From a virus, in IMG/VR virus record IMGVR_UViG_3300020057_000027, positions 1-64,000 of that record: 64,000 nucleotides of DNA. One strand, 5' to 3'. This document shows, piece after piece, positions 17,270 to 26,814 of this stretch. Under the pieces are notes generated by a model. The model did no database searches and had not been told where the DNA came from. It was given only the letters and a program-made list of their open reading frames with translations. Made by a program: the position numbers and the translations under genes. Position 1 is the first letter of the stretch. Each line of letters opens with the position of its first letter.

Positions 17270-18857
17270 AACTTTTGAAGAAGTTTTGTGGATGTCTGAT
17301 GAACAGTTTGCCAACTGGACGAAGGACGTGCGTGAAACAGTTATCAAGATTTGGGATGAACAGGGTCAACCTCCTCGCGTTGGTTTACTTGAGAAGGAAA
17401 TTAAAGAACAGTTTCGCCAGATGTCTCCTTTTCAAGTTGAAAAGTTTCTATGTAAAGATGAATTGACTGATGATAAAAATGTAATTCGTAATACTAGTAT
17501 CGTAGGTAATGCTTGCAATCAATGGTTTCCTACCATGATGGCAACTCGCATTAATTATACTTCAGATGTTAAAGGTGGTCTATCAATCTATGATCACTTC
17601 AAAAGACCTGAACTATTAAAGAAGATGATTACATATGGTAGAAGACATTTCAAGAGAGATTCCTTTTATCATTATTCTAATCCATTAAGGGTGTTTGATT
17701 CTTCTTGGTCTAAAGCTCAAGTAAGTGAATATCTTTCAATGTTTCTTTTTGCTGCTTCAGATGCAACCGAATGGATAACAAGATTTGAAAAAGACTTTAG
17801 AAAGACTGGTGAATGGGATTACTGGATTCAACCAGTCAAAGATGATGCTGAATATTCTGGATATGGTGGGGATTTAACAAGAGTTAAATGGCACAGATTA
17901 AGTAGAAAACAAATTGATGATATGGGTTCGCTCATACCTGATAAATGTAAAACTGTAATGAATGATGTTGAAACAGATATCTTTCAGGTTAGGCCATTCA
18001 AGTTAGGTCAAAAGATATTTCCTTTAGGTATCAAAGCTTATAGAATTTCAGTATGTCAATATGCTGTAAACTTTCCACCACTAACAGCAAAGTTTTTATA
18101 TGAAAAATATTTGAAGGGTAAAGAAGAAGCAATCGTTTGGGATCCTTCTGCTGGATGGGGTGGCCGTATTCTTGGTGCTATGGCAGTGAAGCCAGAGATA
18201 GTAAAACATTTACATTACATTGGTACAGACCCTAACACAGATCACAACACTGATAATGGAAGAACTAAGTATCATGAGGTAGCAGATTTTTATAATAATC
18301 AAAAACTTGCTGGAGTTATATTAGACGAAGATAAACTTATGAACACATATGAAATCTATCAGTGTGGTTCAGAGGTAATGAAAGATCAAGAAGGTTTTCA
18401 AAAGTATAAAGGTAAAGTTGATTTGGTGTTTACATCTCCACCATACTTTGCTAAGGAAGTATATTCAGAAGATCCAGGACAGAGCGCAATCAAGTTTGAT
18501 ACATATGATACATGGCGAGAAGGTTTTCTAAAACCTACTTTAGAAACTGCTGCCGAGTGGTTAAAGCCTGGAGGATATATACTTTGGAATATTGCTGATG
18601 CTAAATTTGGTGGCCAGATGTTGCCGCTTGAAGGTGACTCAAGAAAAATTATAGAGTCATTAGGTTTTGAGTATGTTGAAACTATGAAAATGGCATTAGC
18701 TCAGATGCCTGGCGGTAATAGAATTGATACGGATGAAGGTACACCAATGGCAAAGAATTTTTGTAAGCTTAGAGAAGCTGGAGATGGTGGTAAAGGTAAA
18801 AATGGAAGATCGGCATGGTTTAAGTATGAACCGATTTTCGTTTATAGAAAAATATGA
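17205..18857 (+). CDS. Amino (N4C/N6A) DNA methyltransferase with long N-terminal region
   Basis: WDPSAGWGGR SAM-binding motif and FTSPPYF catalytic motif. Confidence 0.85.
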   Translation: MTKRKKWFYERADEFLESPVNKTFEEVLWMSDEQFANWTKDVRETVIKIWDEQGQPPRVGLLEKEIKEQFRQMSPFQVEKFLCKDELTDDKNVIRNTSIVGNACNQWFPTMMATRINYTSDVKGGLSIYDHFKRPELLKKMITYGRRHFKRDSFYHYSNPLRVFDSSWSKAQVSEYLSMFLFAASDATEWITRFEKDFRKTGEWDYWIQPVKDDAEYSGYGGDLTRVKWHRLSRKQIDDMGSLIPDKCKTVMNDVETDIFQVRPFKLGQKIFPLGIKAYRISVCQYAVNFPPLTAKFLYEKYLKGKEEAIVWDPSAGWGGRILGAMAVKPEIVKHLHYIGTDPNTDHNTDNGRTKYHEVADFYNNQKLAGVILDEDKLMNTYEIYQCGSEVMKDQEGFQKYKGKVDLVFTSPPYFAKEVYSEDPGQSAIKFDTYDTWREGFLKPTLETAAEWLKPGGYILWNIADAKFGGQMLPLEGDSRKIIESLGFEYVETMKMALAQMPGGNRIDTDEGTPMAKNFCKLREAGDGGKGKNGRSAWFKYEPIFVYRKI

Positions 18858-18937
18858 TTGAACTATTAGGATATCTTGGAGCATTGCTACTTACTTTAAG
18901 TGCTGTGCCTCAATTGGAGTCTCCAGTTAGGCTTTAA
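18854..18937 (+). pseudogene. Truncated PQ-loop/SemiSWEET-like membrane protein remnant
   Basis: MIELLGYLGALLLTLSAVPQL is the first helix plus PQ motif; stops after 27 aa. Confidence 0.5.
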
Positions 18938-19070
18938 CAACGTTTTTCACCTTTTTCCACGGTAAAACGTGATACCTACCACGTTTTACTATGATAGCTT
19001 GCGGTTAAACTCACGATTTTGTATAATTCAATAGTAAGCGCATTAATTGTAACCATGTGTATAAAATACA

Positions 19071-19148
19071 AGCGTAAGTAGCTGATATCACTCACTGAAA
19101 TAAAAATGGATTATAGGGTTGACAGGTGGTCACAATCTGTGATATACT
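19071..19148 (+). promoter_or_regulatory. Early sigma70-type promoter with upstream AGCGTAAGTAGCTGAT box
   Basis: TTGACA(19119)-18 bp-TATACT(19143) with extended TG. Confidence 0.8.
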
Positions 19149-19178
19149 TATAGTATAGACAATCAGAGGTGATTAGTT

Positions 19179-21470
19179 ATGAATGATATTAAATCAGTAC
19201 AAGATAGAAAACGAATTGCAGTTAAAGAAGCACTAGCAAAGCTCATGGCTACTGAGAATATTATAGTAGAACATGCACCAATTCCTACAGCCGCTTTTGA
19301 TCTTGTTAATCGCAAGCTTTTAATTCCTCTCTGGAAAGATATTTCTGAAGATGTCTATACACTACTAATTTCCCACGAAGTAGGTCATGCATTATACACT
19401 CCGCAAGCTGAGTGGATGAAAGCAGTTAAAGAAACTGAAAACAAAAATTATAAACAAGTAGTAAACATTGTTGAAGATGTTAGAATTGAAAAGATGATTC
19501 AATCTAAGTATCCTGGAACTGTACGTTCTTTCAAAGCTGGTTACGATGAATTGGAAAAACAAGATTTGTTTGGTACTCAAACATCTAAAAAAGAAATTAA
19601 AGATTACGGTATTCTTGATCGTATCAATCTACATTACAAGCTTGGACATTATGGTTATGTAAATGTTCCATTTGCTGAAGAGGAAAAATCTTGGTTGTCT
19701 GAAATTGATAACGCAAAAACTTTTCCACAAGTATTAGAAATTTCAAAACGTCTTTTGAAGTATGCTGAAGAAGAAGCTGAAAAGAAAGGTGAAAGTTTGG
19801 AAGAACAAGAAACTACTCAAGGTGATATTACTATCAATGCTGATAGCAAAGAACTTGCAGATGCAATTGAAAAGCAATTGAAAGAACAAAATCCTTCGGA
19901 TGGTTCTGGTCAAGGTCAAAAAGTTACTATCACACATCCAGATCCTAGTGCTCCAAAATCTGGTGATCAACAATCTGCTGATGGTAAAGAAAAATCAGAA
20001 GAAAATTCTAAGAGTGAAAAATCTGGAACTGGTAATGAACAGGGTAAACCGAATCCAATAGTTATCTCAGTTACTCAAGATAATTTTGATAAAAAATTAG
20101 CTCAATACGTAGACTTAACGAGTCAAGTTGATACTATCAATATTCCAGAATTCGATTTGAATAAAATCATAATTGATTATAAAGTAGTTCTTAAGCAATT
20201 GAGAGAATACTATAATCGTAATGATATCTATTCTGCTAAAGCTCAAGAGTATTTGAGTCAATTCAAAGCTAATAATAAACACGTTGTTAATCAACTAGTA
20301 AACCTCTTTGAAATGAAGAAGAAAGCTAGTTCAGATGCAAGGGTATTAATCTCTAAGACTGGAATCCTTGATACTAATAAGGTCCACGGTTACAGATACA
20401 ATGAAGATATTTTCCGCAAGGTCACTAATACACCTAATGGAAAAAATCACGGTTTGGTAGTATTCATTGATATGTCGGGTTCAATGGTTCCACATATGGC
20501 TGGAACTTATGCACAGATGATTAACATCGCAATGTTTTGTCGCAAAGTAAATATTCCATTTGATGTTTATGGTTTTACTGATGTTGGTGCAAGCCGTGGT
20601 CAATCATATAGCTACAACTATGATCCAATCGGCCCAATCGGCACTAAGAAAACTGGAAATGTTTTCTTAAATGGTTCTTTCAGTCTAAGAAATTATCTTT
20701 CAAGTAGAATGACATTACACGAATATAATGATATGCTTGAATGTTTAATGTGTGTTATGTCACATTATGTTAAACGTAAAGATGATTACCCTTATTTTGG
20801 TTTACCTAATTGTGAATCGCTTGGTGGTACACCATTAAATGAAGCTATCATTAGTGCAATGCAGATTGTTCCTAAGTTGAAAGCTAAACATAATTTGGAT
20901 ATCATTCATACGGTTGTCATAACTGATGGTGATGGTACTTCCGGAATCAATTATTTCAATAATGATTCTAATGGTAAACTAAGTGAAGTTTGTGCTAATC
21001 GTGCTAATCGTGATACTAAGAAAATTTATTGCAGATATAAGAATTCATCAAGAACTTGGGATTTGACTAATGTTAAGAATCGTAGCAATGGTTCCAGAGC
21101 TAGGGATTTTACTGCTAATCTTATTGAGATGTATAAAGATATCACTGGTGCTAAAATGATCGGGTTCTTTGTATGTGATAAGAATAGCGCAAAGTATCAG
21201 ATCGCATCCATGAATTATGGTGAGACACAAGAAACTATTGAACGTGCTAAAAATCAATTTGATGATAAGCAATTTGCTGAAGTTAAAAAAGATGGTTACG
21301 ATAGCTACTATATAATTCCAGCAGGTCAAGATCTTTTAACCTCTAGTGAAGATATTGAATTCAGTGATACTACTGCTAAGAGTGCTATTCATAATCAGTT
21401 TGTTAAAGCATTATCGAAGAAGAAGAATTCCAGAATCCTGCTAGGTAGGTTCATAGACCACATAGCGTAA
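19179..21470 (+). CDS. Metallopeptidase-vWA protein (CobT-like partner of MoxR AAA)
   Basis: HEVGH, NIVEDVRIE; MIDAS DMSGS, GGTPL, ITDG. Confidence 0.88.
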   Translation: MNDIKSVQDRKRIAVKEALAKLMATENIIVEHAPIPTAAFDLVNRKLLIPLWKDISEDVYTLLISHEVGHALYTPQAEWMKAVKETENKNYKQVVNIVEDVRIEKMIQSKYPGTVRSFKAGYDELEKQDLFGTQTSKKEIKDYGILDRINLHYKLGHYGYVNVPFAEEEKSWLSEIDNAKTFPQVLEISKRLLKYAEEEAEKKGESLEEQETTQGDITINADSKELADAIEKQLKEQNPSDGSGQGQKVTITHPDPSAPKSGDQQSADGKEKSEENSKSEKSGTGNEQGKPNPIVISVTQDNFDKKLAQYVDLTSQVDTINIPEFDLNKIIIDYKVVLKQLREYYNRNDIYSAKAQEYLSQFKANNKHVVNQLVNLFEMKKKASSDARVLISKTGILDTNKVHGYRYNEDIFRKVTNTPNGKNHGLVVFIDMSGSMVPHMAGTYAQMINIAMFCRKVNIPFDVYGFTDVGASRGQSYSYNYDPIGPIGTKKTGNVFLNGSFSLRNYLSSRMTLHEYNDMLECLMCVMSHYVKRKDDYPYFGLPNCESLGGTPLNEAIISAMQIVPKLKAKHNLDIIHTVVITDGDGTSGINYFNNDSNGKLSEVCANRANRDTKKIYCRYKNSSRTWDLTNVKNRSNGSRARDFTANLIEMYKDITGAKMIGFFVCDKNSAKYQIASMNYGETQETIERAKNQFDDKQFAEVKKDGYDSYYIIPAGQDLLTSSEDIEFSDTTAKSAIHNQFVKALSKKKNSRILLGRFIDHIA

Positions 21471-21531
21471 GTAGCTGATTCCATTAAGGTGGAATAAGTG
21501 CTTGACAGATAGGTATGGAACGTGGTATAAT
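21464..21531 (+). promoter_or_regulatory. Early sigma70-type promoter with upstream AGCGTAAGTAGCTGAT box
   Basis: TTGACA(21502)-18 bp-TATAAT(21526) with extended TG. Confidence 0.8.
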
Positions 21532-21576
21532 AGTATTATAAGATAAAGTTGTTATTTTAGAGGTGAAATAATTGTT

Positions 21577-22566
21577 ATGACAAGTAAGAAAAATCCAGAT
21601 AGTTTGGTACAGAATATAACTTCTGCCGCTGAACATAAAGAAAATTTAATCCCAGATAAAGATCCACTCTTTGTGAAGTTTGGACCCTACGATGATCTTG
21701 CTACTATTATAGCATCAAAATTATTTTACCCATTATTCATTACTGGTTTATCTGGTAACGGTAAAACATTTTCCGTAGAGCAAGCATGTGCTGAACATAA
21801 ACGTGAAATGATTCGCGTAAACATTACAATTGAAACTGATGAAGATGATCTTCTTGGAGGTTTCCGACTCGTTAATGATTCCACAAAGTGGTTTGATGGT
21901 CCGATTGTTCGTGCTATGAAAACTGGTGCCGTAGTTTTACTTGATGAAGTAGATCTAGGTGGAAATAAATTGATGTGTCTTCAACCTGTACTTGAGGGTA
22001 AAGGTATTCTACTTAAGAAAATTAATCAGTTTGTTAAACCCGCTCCTGGATTTAATATCATTGCTACTGCTAATACTAAAGGTCAAGGATCTGAAACTGG
22101 AAAATTCGTAGGTACTAATATTCTGAATGAAGCTTTTCTGGAAAGATTTCCAGCTACTTTTGAACAGAGTTACCCTAACGAAAAAACTGAAACACAGATA
22201 TTGAAAAAGATCTTTGATAAGCATGATATTGAAAAAGATGATGCTAAAGATTTTGTTAATAAGCTGATTAGCTGGGCCGTTGGAACTAGAAAGTCTTTTG
22301 AAGCGGAAGCATCCGCAGATTTGATTACTACTCGCCGCTTGGTTCACATAGCTAATGCTTATGCTATTCTAAAAGACCGTAGAAAGTCTATTGAAGTTTG
22401 TATTGCTCGGTTTGATGAAACTACTAAACACTCATTCATCCAAATGTATGAGAAGTTTGATCCTACAGTAGTTCCAGAGTCGCTTCGTTCAATAGATATG
22501 GATGAACTTGAAGCTGCTGCCGCTGCCAAACAAAACGATATTACGAAAATTCTAGGTGGTTCGTAA
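21577..22566 (+). CDS. MoxR/CobS-like AAA+ ATPase
   Basis: GLSGNGKT, ETDEDDLLGG, LLDE, NEAFLERF. Confidence 0.92.
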   Translation: MTSKKNPDSLVQNITSAAEHKENLIPDKDPLFVKFGPYDDLATIIASKLFYPLFITGLSGNGKTFSVEQACAEHKREMIRVNITIETDEDDLLGGFRLVNDSTKWFDGPIVRAMKTGAVVLLDEVDLGGNKLMCLQPVLEGKGILLKKINQFVKPAPGFNIIATANTKGQGSETGKFVGTNILNEAFLERFPATFEQSYPNEKTETQILKKIFDKHDIEKDDAKDFVNKLISWAVGTRKSFEAEASADLITTRRLVHIANAYAILKDRRKSIEVCIARFDETTKHSFIQMYEKFDPTVVPESLRSIDMDELEAAAAAKQNDITKILGGS

Positions 22567-22599
22567 GAACCATCCAGAGTTCCGTCATAACAACACCTC

Positions 22600-22636
22600 G
22601 GCCCCGATGGAATCTTTCATCGGGGCTTTTTCTTTT
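22600..22636 (+). terminator. Rho-independent terminator
   Basis: gccccgatg...catcggggc stem plus T run. Confidence 0.85.
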
Positions 22637-22735
22637 AAAAAGTCTTGTATAGAATTATAAGTTATGTTATGATGTATAAAGAAATGAAGAGTAGATGAAC
22701 TACTCTTTTTATTATAATAATTGATAAGGAAACAT

Positions 22736-22969
22736 ATGTCAAAGAAAACGCAAATTGAAAAGTTGAAGGCCCGCTTGAACACAGGCGATAACCTTACAGT
22801 GAGTGAAGCTCGTAGTCGTCTTGGGGTTCAGCGTCTTGCTGCCCGTATTCATGAGTTTCGTGAAGCTGGTTTCAACATCTACACTAATAAGGTTAAGGTA
22901 AAGACTGGATCGCTTCGTGGTAAGAAGGTAACAGCATACCGTCTTGATTTCCGTACACCTATTGAGTAA
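22736..22969 (+). CDS. Small winged-HTH DNA-binding protein
   Basis: LT..EA...GV.RLAARI.E.R..G..I...AYRL; ATG 22736 has SD AAGGA. Confidence 0.7.
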   Translation: MSKKTQIEKLKARLNTGDNLTVSEARSRLGVQRLAARIHEFREAGFNIYTNKVKVKTGSLRGKKVTAYRLDFRTPIE

Positions 22970-22980
22970 ACTAAACCGTA

Positions 22981-23009
22981 TTCCCAAGATGCTAAACCCA
23001 TCTTGGGAA
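22981..23009. other. Perfect 11-bp hairpin upstream of gp45
   Basis: ttcccaagatg-ctaaacc-catcttgggaa. Confidence 0.7.
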
Positions 23010-23040
23010 ACTTTCATTTTATTATGAGGAATATAACCAC

Positions 23041-23706
23041 ATGAAATTTTCTTCCGACACACTTACAATTCTAAAAAACTTTTCTGAGATTAATACTGGC
23101 CTTCATTTTAAGAAGGGTGAATCATTAGCAACATGGCATCCTCAGAAGTTTGTTATAGCCGAAGCTTCAATTAAAGAGACACTACCAAAGAACGTAACAG
23201 TATTTGATTTGAATAAGCTATTATCAATCACTTCTCTATTTGAGAATCCTGAGTTTGATTTTCAAGCTGATAAAATTCTTATCAGTACAAACAATCGTTC
23301 TGTTAATTATTTCTATGCTGAACCTAGTCTAGTGCTTGACCCAGGAGATAAAGCTGCAAAGTATCGCACTGAAGCAATCAGTGGTGCAATTGCTAAAGCT
23401 TCTTTTGGTAAAGAAGATCTAAAGAGTCTTAAACAAGCTGCCGCAATTCTATCTCTTCCAGATATTACTATTGTTGGAAAGAAAGATAAGATTACTTTCA
23501 CTGCTCAAGATAGTGAGAATAGTGCTTCGGATAGTTTCCGAGTGGAAATTGCAGGTGAGGTTACTCAAGACTTTGAAGTTACAATGCGGTGCAATCATTT
23601 TAAGGTTCTTGATGGTGACTACGAATTCATTTGTCATCCTAAACTTGCTTACTTCAAGCACACTACTACACCTGTTGAATACTGGATCGCTTATCAGGCT
23701 GAATAG
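23041..23706 (+). CDS. gp45: Sliding clamp
   Basis: MKFSSDTLTILKNFSEIN, Y.YAEPS, DGDY, YWIA. Confidence 0.93.
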   Translation: MKFSSDTLTILKNFSEINTGLHFKKGESLATWHPQKFVIAEASIKETLPKNVTVFDLNKLLSITSLFENPEFDFQADKILISTNNRSVNYFYAEPSLVLDPGDKAAKYRTEAISGAIAKASFGKEDLKSLKQAAAILSLPDITIVGKKDKITFTAQDSENSASDSFRVEIAGEVTQDFEVTMRCNHFKVLDGDYEFICHPKLAYFKHTTTPVEYWIAYQAE

Positions 23707-23709
23707 TCT

Positions 23710-23913
23710 ATGACAGAAGATGATCTTGAGAAGCACTCATTGGATTTAATAGGTAAAGCTCAAGTATTATATTCTCAAGCTATTAAATGTCACGATAAGA
23801 AAGAGAAAGCTAGACTTAGAAAAGAAGCAAGAAACTTTGAGAAGTTAGCTGAAGAAATAGATACAATGAAGAATAAAATAGGTGAAACAAATGGCAATAA
23901 AGAAAAATGTTAA
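23710..23913 (+). CDS. Hypothetical protein
   Basis: Short helical ORF in operon. Confidence 0.5.
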   Translation: MTEDDLEKHSLDLIGKAQVLYSQAIKCHDKKEKARLRKEARNFEKLAEEIDTMKNKIGETNGNKEKC

Positions 23914-24142
23914 AGTGAATAAACCAGAAGTTCCAGAAACTCCACCACTAGATATAGTGAAAGAATCTTTAACTCTTGGACATCTTGTAAAATATAATCT
24001 CTACTTACTAACTAAGTCTATTTTGTTTTCTGCGATACTCGCCAAGAGTGATGGTGATGTTGATAAAGCTGCCGCAGAAGCAAACAGAATAATTGGTGAA
24101 CTTGATTTAGATACTAAGAAGAGATTAGAACAGCAACAATAG
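23891..24142 (+). CDS. Hypothetical protein
   Basis: ORF; ATG 23891 with SD GGTG. Confidence 0.5.
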   Translation: MAIKKNVKVNKPEVPETPPLDIVKESLTLGHLVKYNLYLLTKSILFSAILAKSDGDVDKAAAEANRIIGELDLDTKKRLEQQQ

Positions 24143-24173
24143 TTTCTGTTTATTTTATAATGTGGGTGTGATT

Positions 24174-25121
24174 ATGGAAAGACGTGATGAACACGTTTTG
24201 TGGGTAGAGAAGTATCGCCCGCTTAAAGTAGCAGATTGTATTTTAACTAAAGCATTAAAGAATACCTTTCAGGGTATTGTAAACGATGGTAAGGTTCCTA
24301 ACCTTCTATTGGTTGGTGGTGCCGGTTCAGGTAAGACCACTATAGCAAAAGCAATATGTAATGAGCTAGACTTAGATTACCTCTTCATTAACGCTTCAAG
24401 AGAGCGTGGTATTGAAGAAGTGAGAGTACGTATAGCAGACTACGCTCCGACCTTATCGTTCGAGGGTAAGCGCAAGGTCATCATCTTAGATGAAGCCGAT
24501 AACCTAACGCCTGAAGCTCAATTAGCTTTACGTGCTTCGATGGAAGAGTTTTCAAAGAACTGTTCTTTCATTCTTACTTGTAATTTCAAAAACAAATTAA
24601 TTGATCCAATTCATTCCAGATGTTCTACAAAAGATTTTAGAATTGGTAAAGAAGAGAAGCAAGAACTTATTGCACAGATGTATAAACGCATCGTGCAGAT
24701 ACTTGAAGTTGAGGAAGTTAAATTTGAATCGAAGGTATTAGCAAGCATTGTTGTTAAGTATTATCCAGATTTCCGAAGAACATTAAATGAACTTCAGTCA
24801 TTCAGTAAAGCGAATGGAGAAATCAATGAGGGTGTACTATCTTTTGCTGCTGAACTAAACACAAACAAACTATACAAAGCTCTTAAAGATAAAAAGTTTA
24901 ATGAGGTTCGTGAATGGGTTGTTGAGAATATAGATAATGATCCTCCAAGACTGTATAGAAAGATCTACGATGGTTTGAAAGATAATCTTAAACCAACTTC
25001 AGTACCTCAAGCAATTATTTTTATAGCAGACTATCAATATAAATCCGCATTTGTTGCTGACCCTGAGATTAACTTGTTAGCTTGTCTTATTGAGATTATG
25101 GTAAACTGTGAATTTGTATGA
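24174..25121 (+). CDS. gp44: Clamp loader ATPase subunit
   Basis: LWVEKYRP, GSGKTT, ILDEAD, IHSRC. Confidence 0.96.
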   Translation: MERRDEHVLWVEKYRPLKVADCILTKALKNTFQGIVNDGKVPNLLLVGGAGSGKTTIAKAICNELDLDYLFINASRERGIEEVRVRIADYAPTLSFEGKRKVIILDEADNLTPEAQLALRASMEEFSKNCSFILTCNFKNKLIDPIHSRCSTKDFRIGKEEKQELIAQMYKRIVQILEVEEVKFESKVLASIVVKYYPDFRRTLNELQSFSKANGEINEGVLSFAAELNTNKLYKALKDKKFNEVREWVVENIDNDPPRLYRKIYDGLKDNLKPTSVPQAIIFIADYQYKSAFVADPEINLLACLIEIMVNCEFV

Positions 25122-25591
25122 GCGAAGATTTTGAAATAGTACAACCAAGAAAAGAGAAAGAGGTAGAGAAACCTAAAGCTCCAAATTTCTTTTGGGATTT
25201 TCTTTCTGATATTTCTCAGAAAAAACAAAACATCTATAATGATGAAACTAAAAAATCATATTCATCATATATGATTAATAGGTATCTATCAATGCTTCAA
25301 GGTACGGTGTTGTATGCTCAAGAAATGAACATGCGGCCGTCACTTGCTCCGGAATTACATTATCAATATCTATTAGATGCTATTCGTCCAATGTATAGAA
25401 GGTTTGAATATAAGAAAGCAGATAAAGATCATGAAGATGTTATAATGCTTTCCAATTATTATCAATGTAGTATTACTAAAGCAAGAGATTATTTTAAGTT
25501 ACATACACTAGAGGAACTATTAGAGATAGGAAAGAAACTTAATCAAGGCGGCACTGATGTTAAGACGAGAAGAAAAAAAACCAAGTCCTGA
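25118..25591 (+). CDS. gp62: Clamp loader small subunit
   Basis: Y..YMINRYLS, YAQEMN, YY.CS..KA; follows gp44. Confidence 0.88.
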   Translation: MSEDFEIVQPRKEKEVEKPKAPNFFWDFLSDISQKKQNIYNDETKKSYSSYMINRYLSMLQGTVLYAQEMNMRPSLAPELHYQYLLDAIRPMYRRFEYKKADKDHEDVIMLSNYYQCSITKARDYFKLHTLEELLEIGKKLNQGGTDVKTRRKKTKS

Positions 25592-25742
25592 ACAACTTCT
25601 GGATTTGGTTCAAGAAGTTCTTCTAGCTATCCAAGATAACAATCAAAACATGAAAGATTGTGCCACACTTCTACGAGCAATCCAAAGAAACCTCCAGCCA
25701 GAGAAAAGTAGATGGGAAAGAATTAAGAATGTCTTTCGCTAA
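25557..25742 (+). CDS. Hypothetical protein
   Basis: Short ORF between gp62 and regA. Confidence 0.4.
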   Translation: MLRREEKKPSPEQLLDLVQEVLLAIQDNNQNMKDCATLLRAIQRNLQPEKSRWERIKNVFR

Positions 25743-25780
25743 ATATGACTAGTTGATATTTGTCATATGAAGGCATTAAA

Positions 25781-26242
25781 ATGAATACTGAATTAACTGT
25801 AGATCTGATTGAAGTTCTTTTGAAGAAGCCAGATGACTTTCTAAAAGTCAAGGAAACTCTTACTCGCATTGGCGTAGCTTCAAAGCACGATAAAATTCTA
25901 TATCAATCTTGCCACATCTTACATAAGAAAGGTAAATACTATATCGTTCATTTTAAAGAGCTATTTAAGCTTGATGGTAAACCTACTAACATAACAGAAG
26001 AAGATCTTGCAAGACGTAACACAATTGCTAATATTATAGCTGAATGGGGTTTAGTTGATTTAGTAGATAAGGTTAGAACGTCGGCCCCAGTTGCTTCTAT
26101 TGCTACAATAAAGATTCTTCCATTCAAAGAAAAGAGAGATTGGAAACTTGAAGCGAAGTATAATATAGGTTCAAGTAAGAAAACAGTAAACCAAGTTTCA
26201 TCTCCAACAGTTAAAATCAAACAGCATGAACCAAAGGAATAA
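25781..26242 (+). CDS. regA: Translational repressor RegA
   Basis: PDDFLKVKETLTRIG, LYQSCHILHK.G.YYIVHFKELF. Confidence 0.97.
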   Translation: MNTELTVDLIEVLLKKPDDFLKVKETLTRIGVASKHDKILYQSCHILHKKGKYYIVHFKELFKLDGKPTNITEEDLARRNTIANIIAEWGLVDLVDKVRTSAPVASIATIKILPFKEKRDWKLEAKYNIGSSKKTVNQVSSPTVKIKQHEPKE

Positions 26243-26244
26243 TT

Positions 26245-26778
26245 ATGAGTGAATTAGTTATTGCGGGACTACCACAACTAGGAATTTTCAAACAAGATTT
26301 AGAAGCAAAACTTCCTGAGTTTGCTACAGAGTCTTCTGCTTGTTTTGATCTACGTGCTTGTATTTCTCCATCACAAGTTATTAAGAAAAGAAATGGTATA
26401 GACAATTTAGAAATTACAACTACAGTTGGGCCAGAAAGAAAGATTGATCTTCTTCCTGGAGATAGAGTTCTAGTTCCTACTGGACTTATTTTTGATATAC
26501 CTGTTGGGTATTCAGTTAGACTACATCCGCGTTCTGGTTTAGCATTAAAGAATGGTATTACACTTGCTAATGCTGAAGGCGTTATTGATGCTGATTATGT
26601 TGATCCAGTTTTCGTGTTACTAATAAACACTTCAGATAAACATTTTACAGTAAATCATGGTGATAGAGTTTGCCAAGGTGAATTGGTAAAAGTGGAACCT
26701 CTTATAATCACTGAACTAAATGACGCTCCGCTTCCAAAGACTAACCGAAATGGTGGGTTTGGATCTACAGGAATATAA
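26245..26778 (+). CDS. dut: dUTPase
   Basis: ACFDL, PRSGLA, GVIDADY, R.GGFGSTG. Confidence 0.96.
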   Translation: MSELVIAGLPQLGIFKQDLEAKLPEFATESSACFDLRACISPSQVIKKRNGIDNLEITTTVGPERKIDLLPGDRVLVPTGLIFDIPVGYSVRLHPRSGLALKNGITLANAEGVIDADYVDPVFVLLINTSDKHFTVNHGDRVCQGELVKVEPLIITELNDAPLPKTNRNGGFGSTGI

Positions 26779-26808
26779 TTGACAGCTTTATATCTATTGT
26801 GATATACT
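26779..26808 (+). promoter_or_regulatory. sigma70-type promoter, likely leaderless transcript
   Basis: TTGACA-18-TATACT, ATG only 6 nt downstream, no SD. Confidence 0.75.
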
Positions 26809-26814
26809 TATAGT

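Noticed and set aside
19179-22566. Cobalamin biosynthesis genes cobT/cobS supporting B12-dependent NrdJ
   Set aside because: No cobN or other cob genes; the partner has a peptidase domain typical of phage MoxR-vWA pairs
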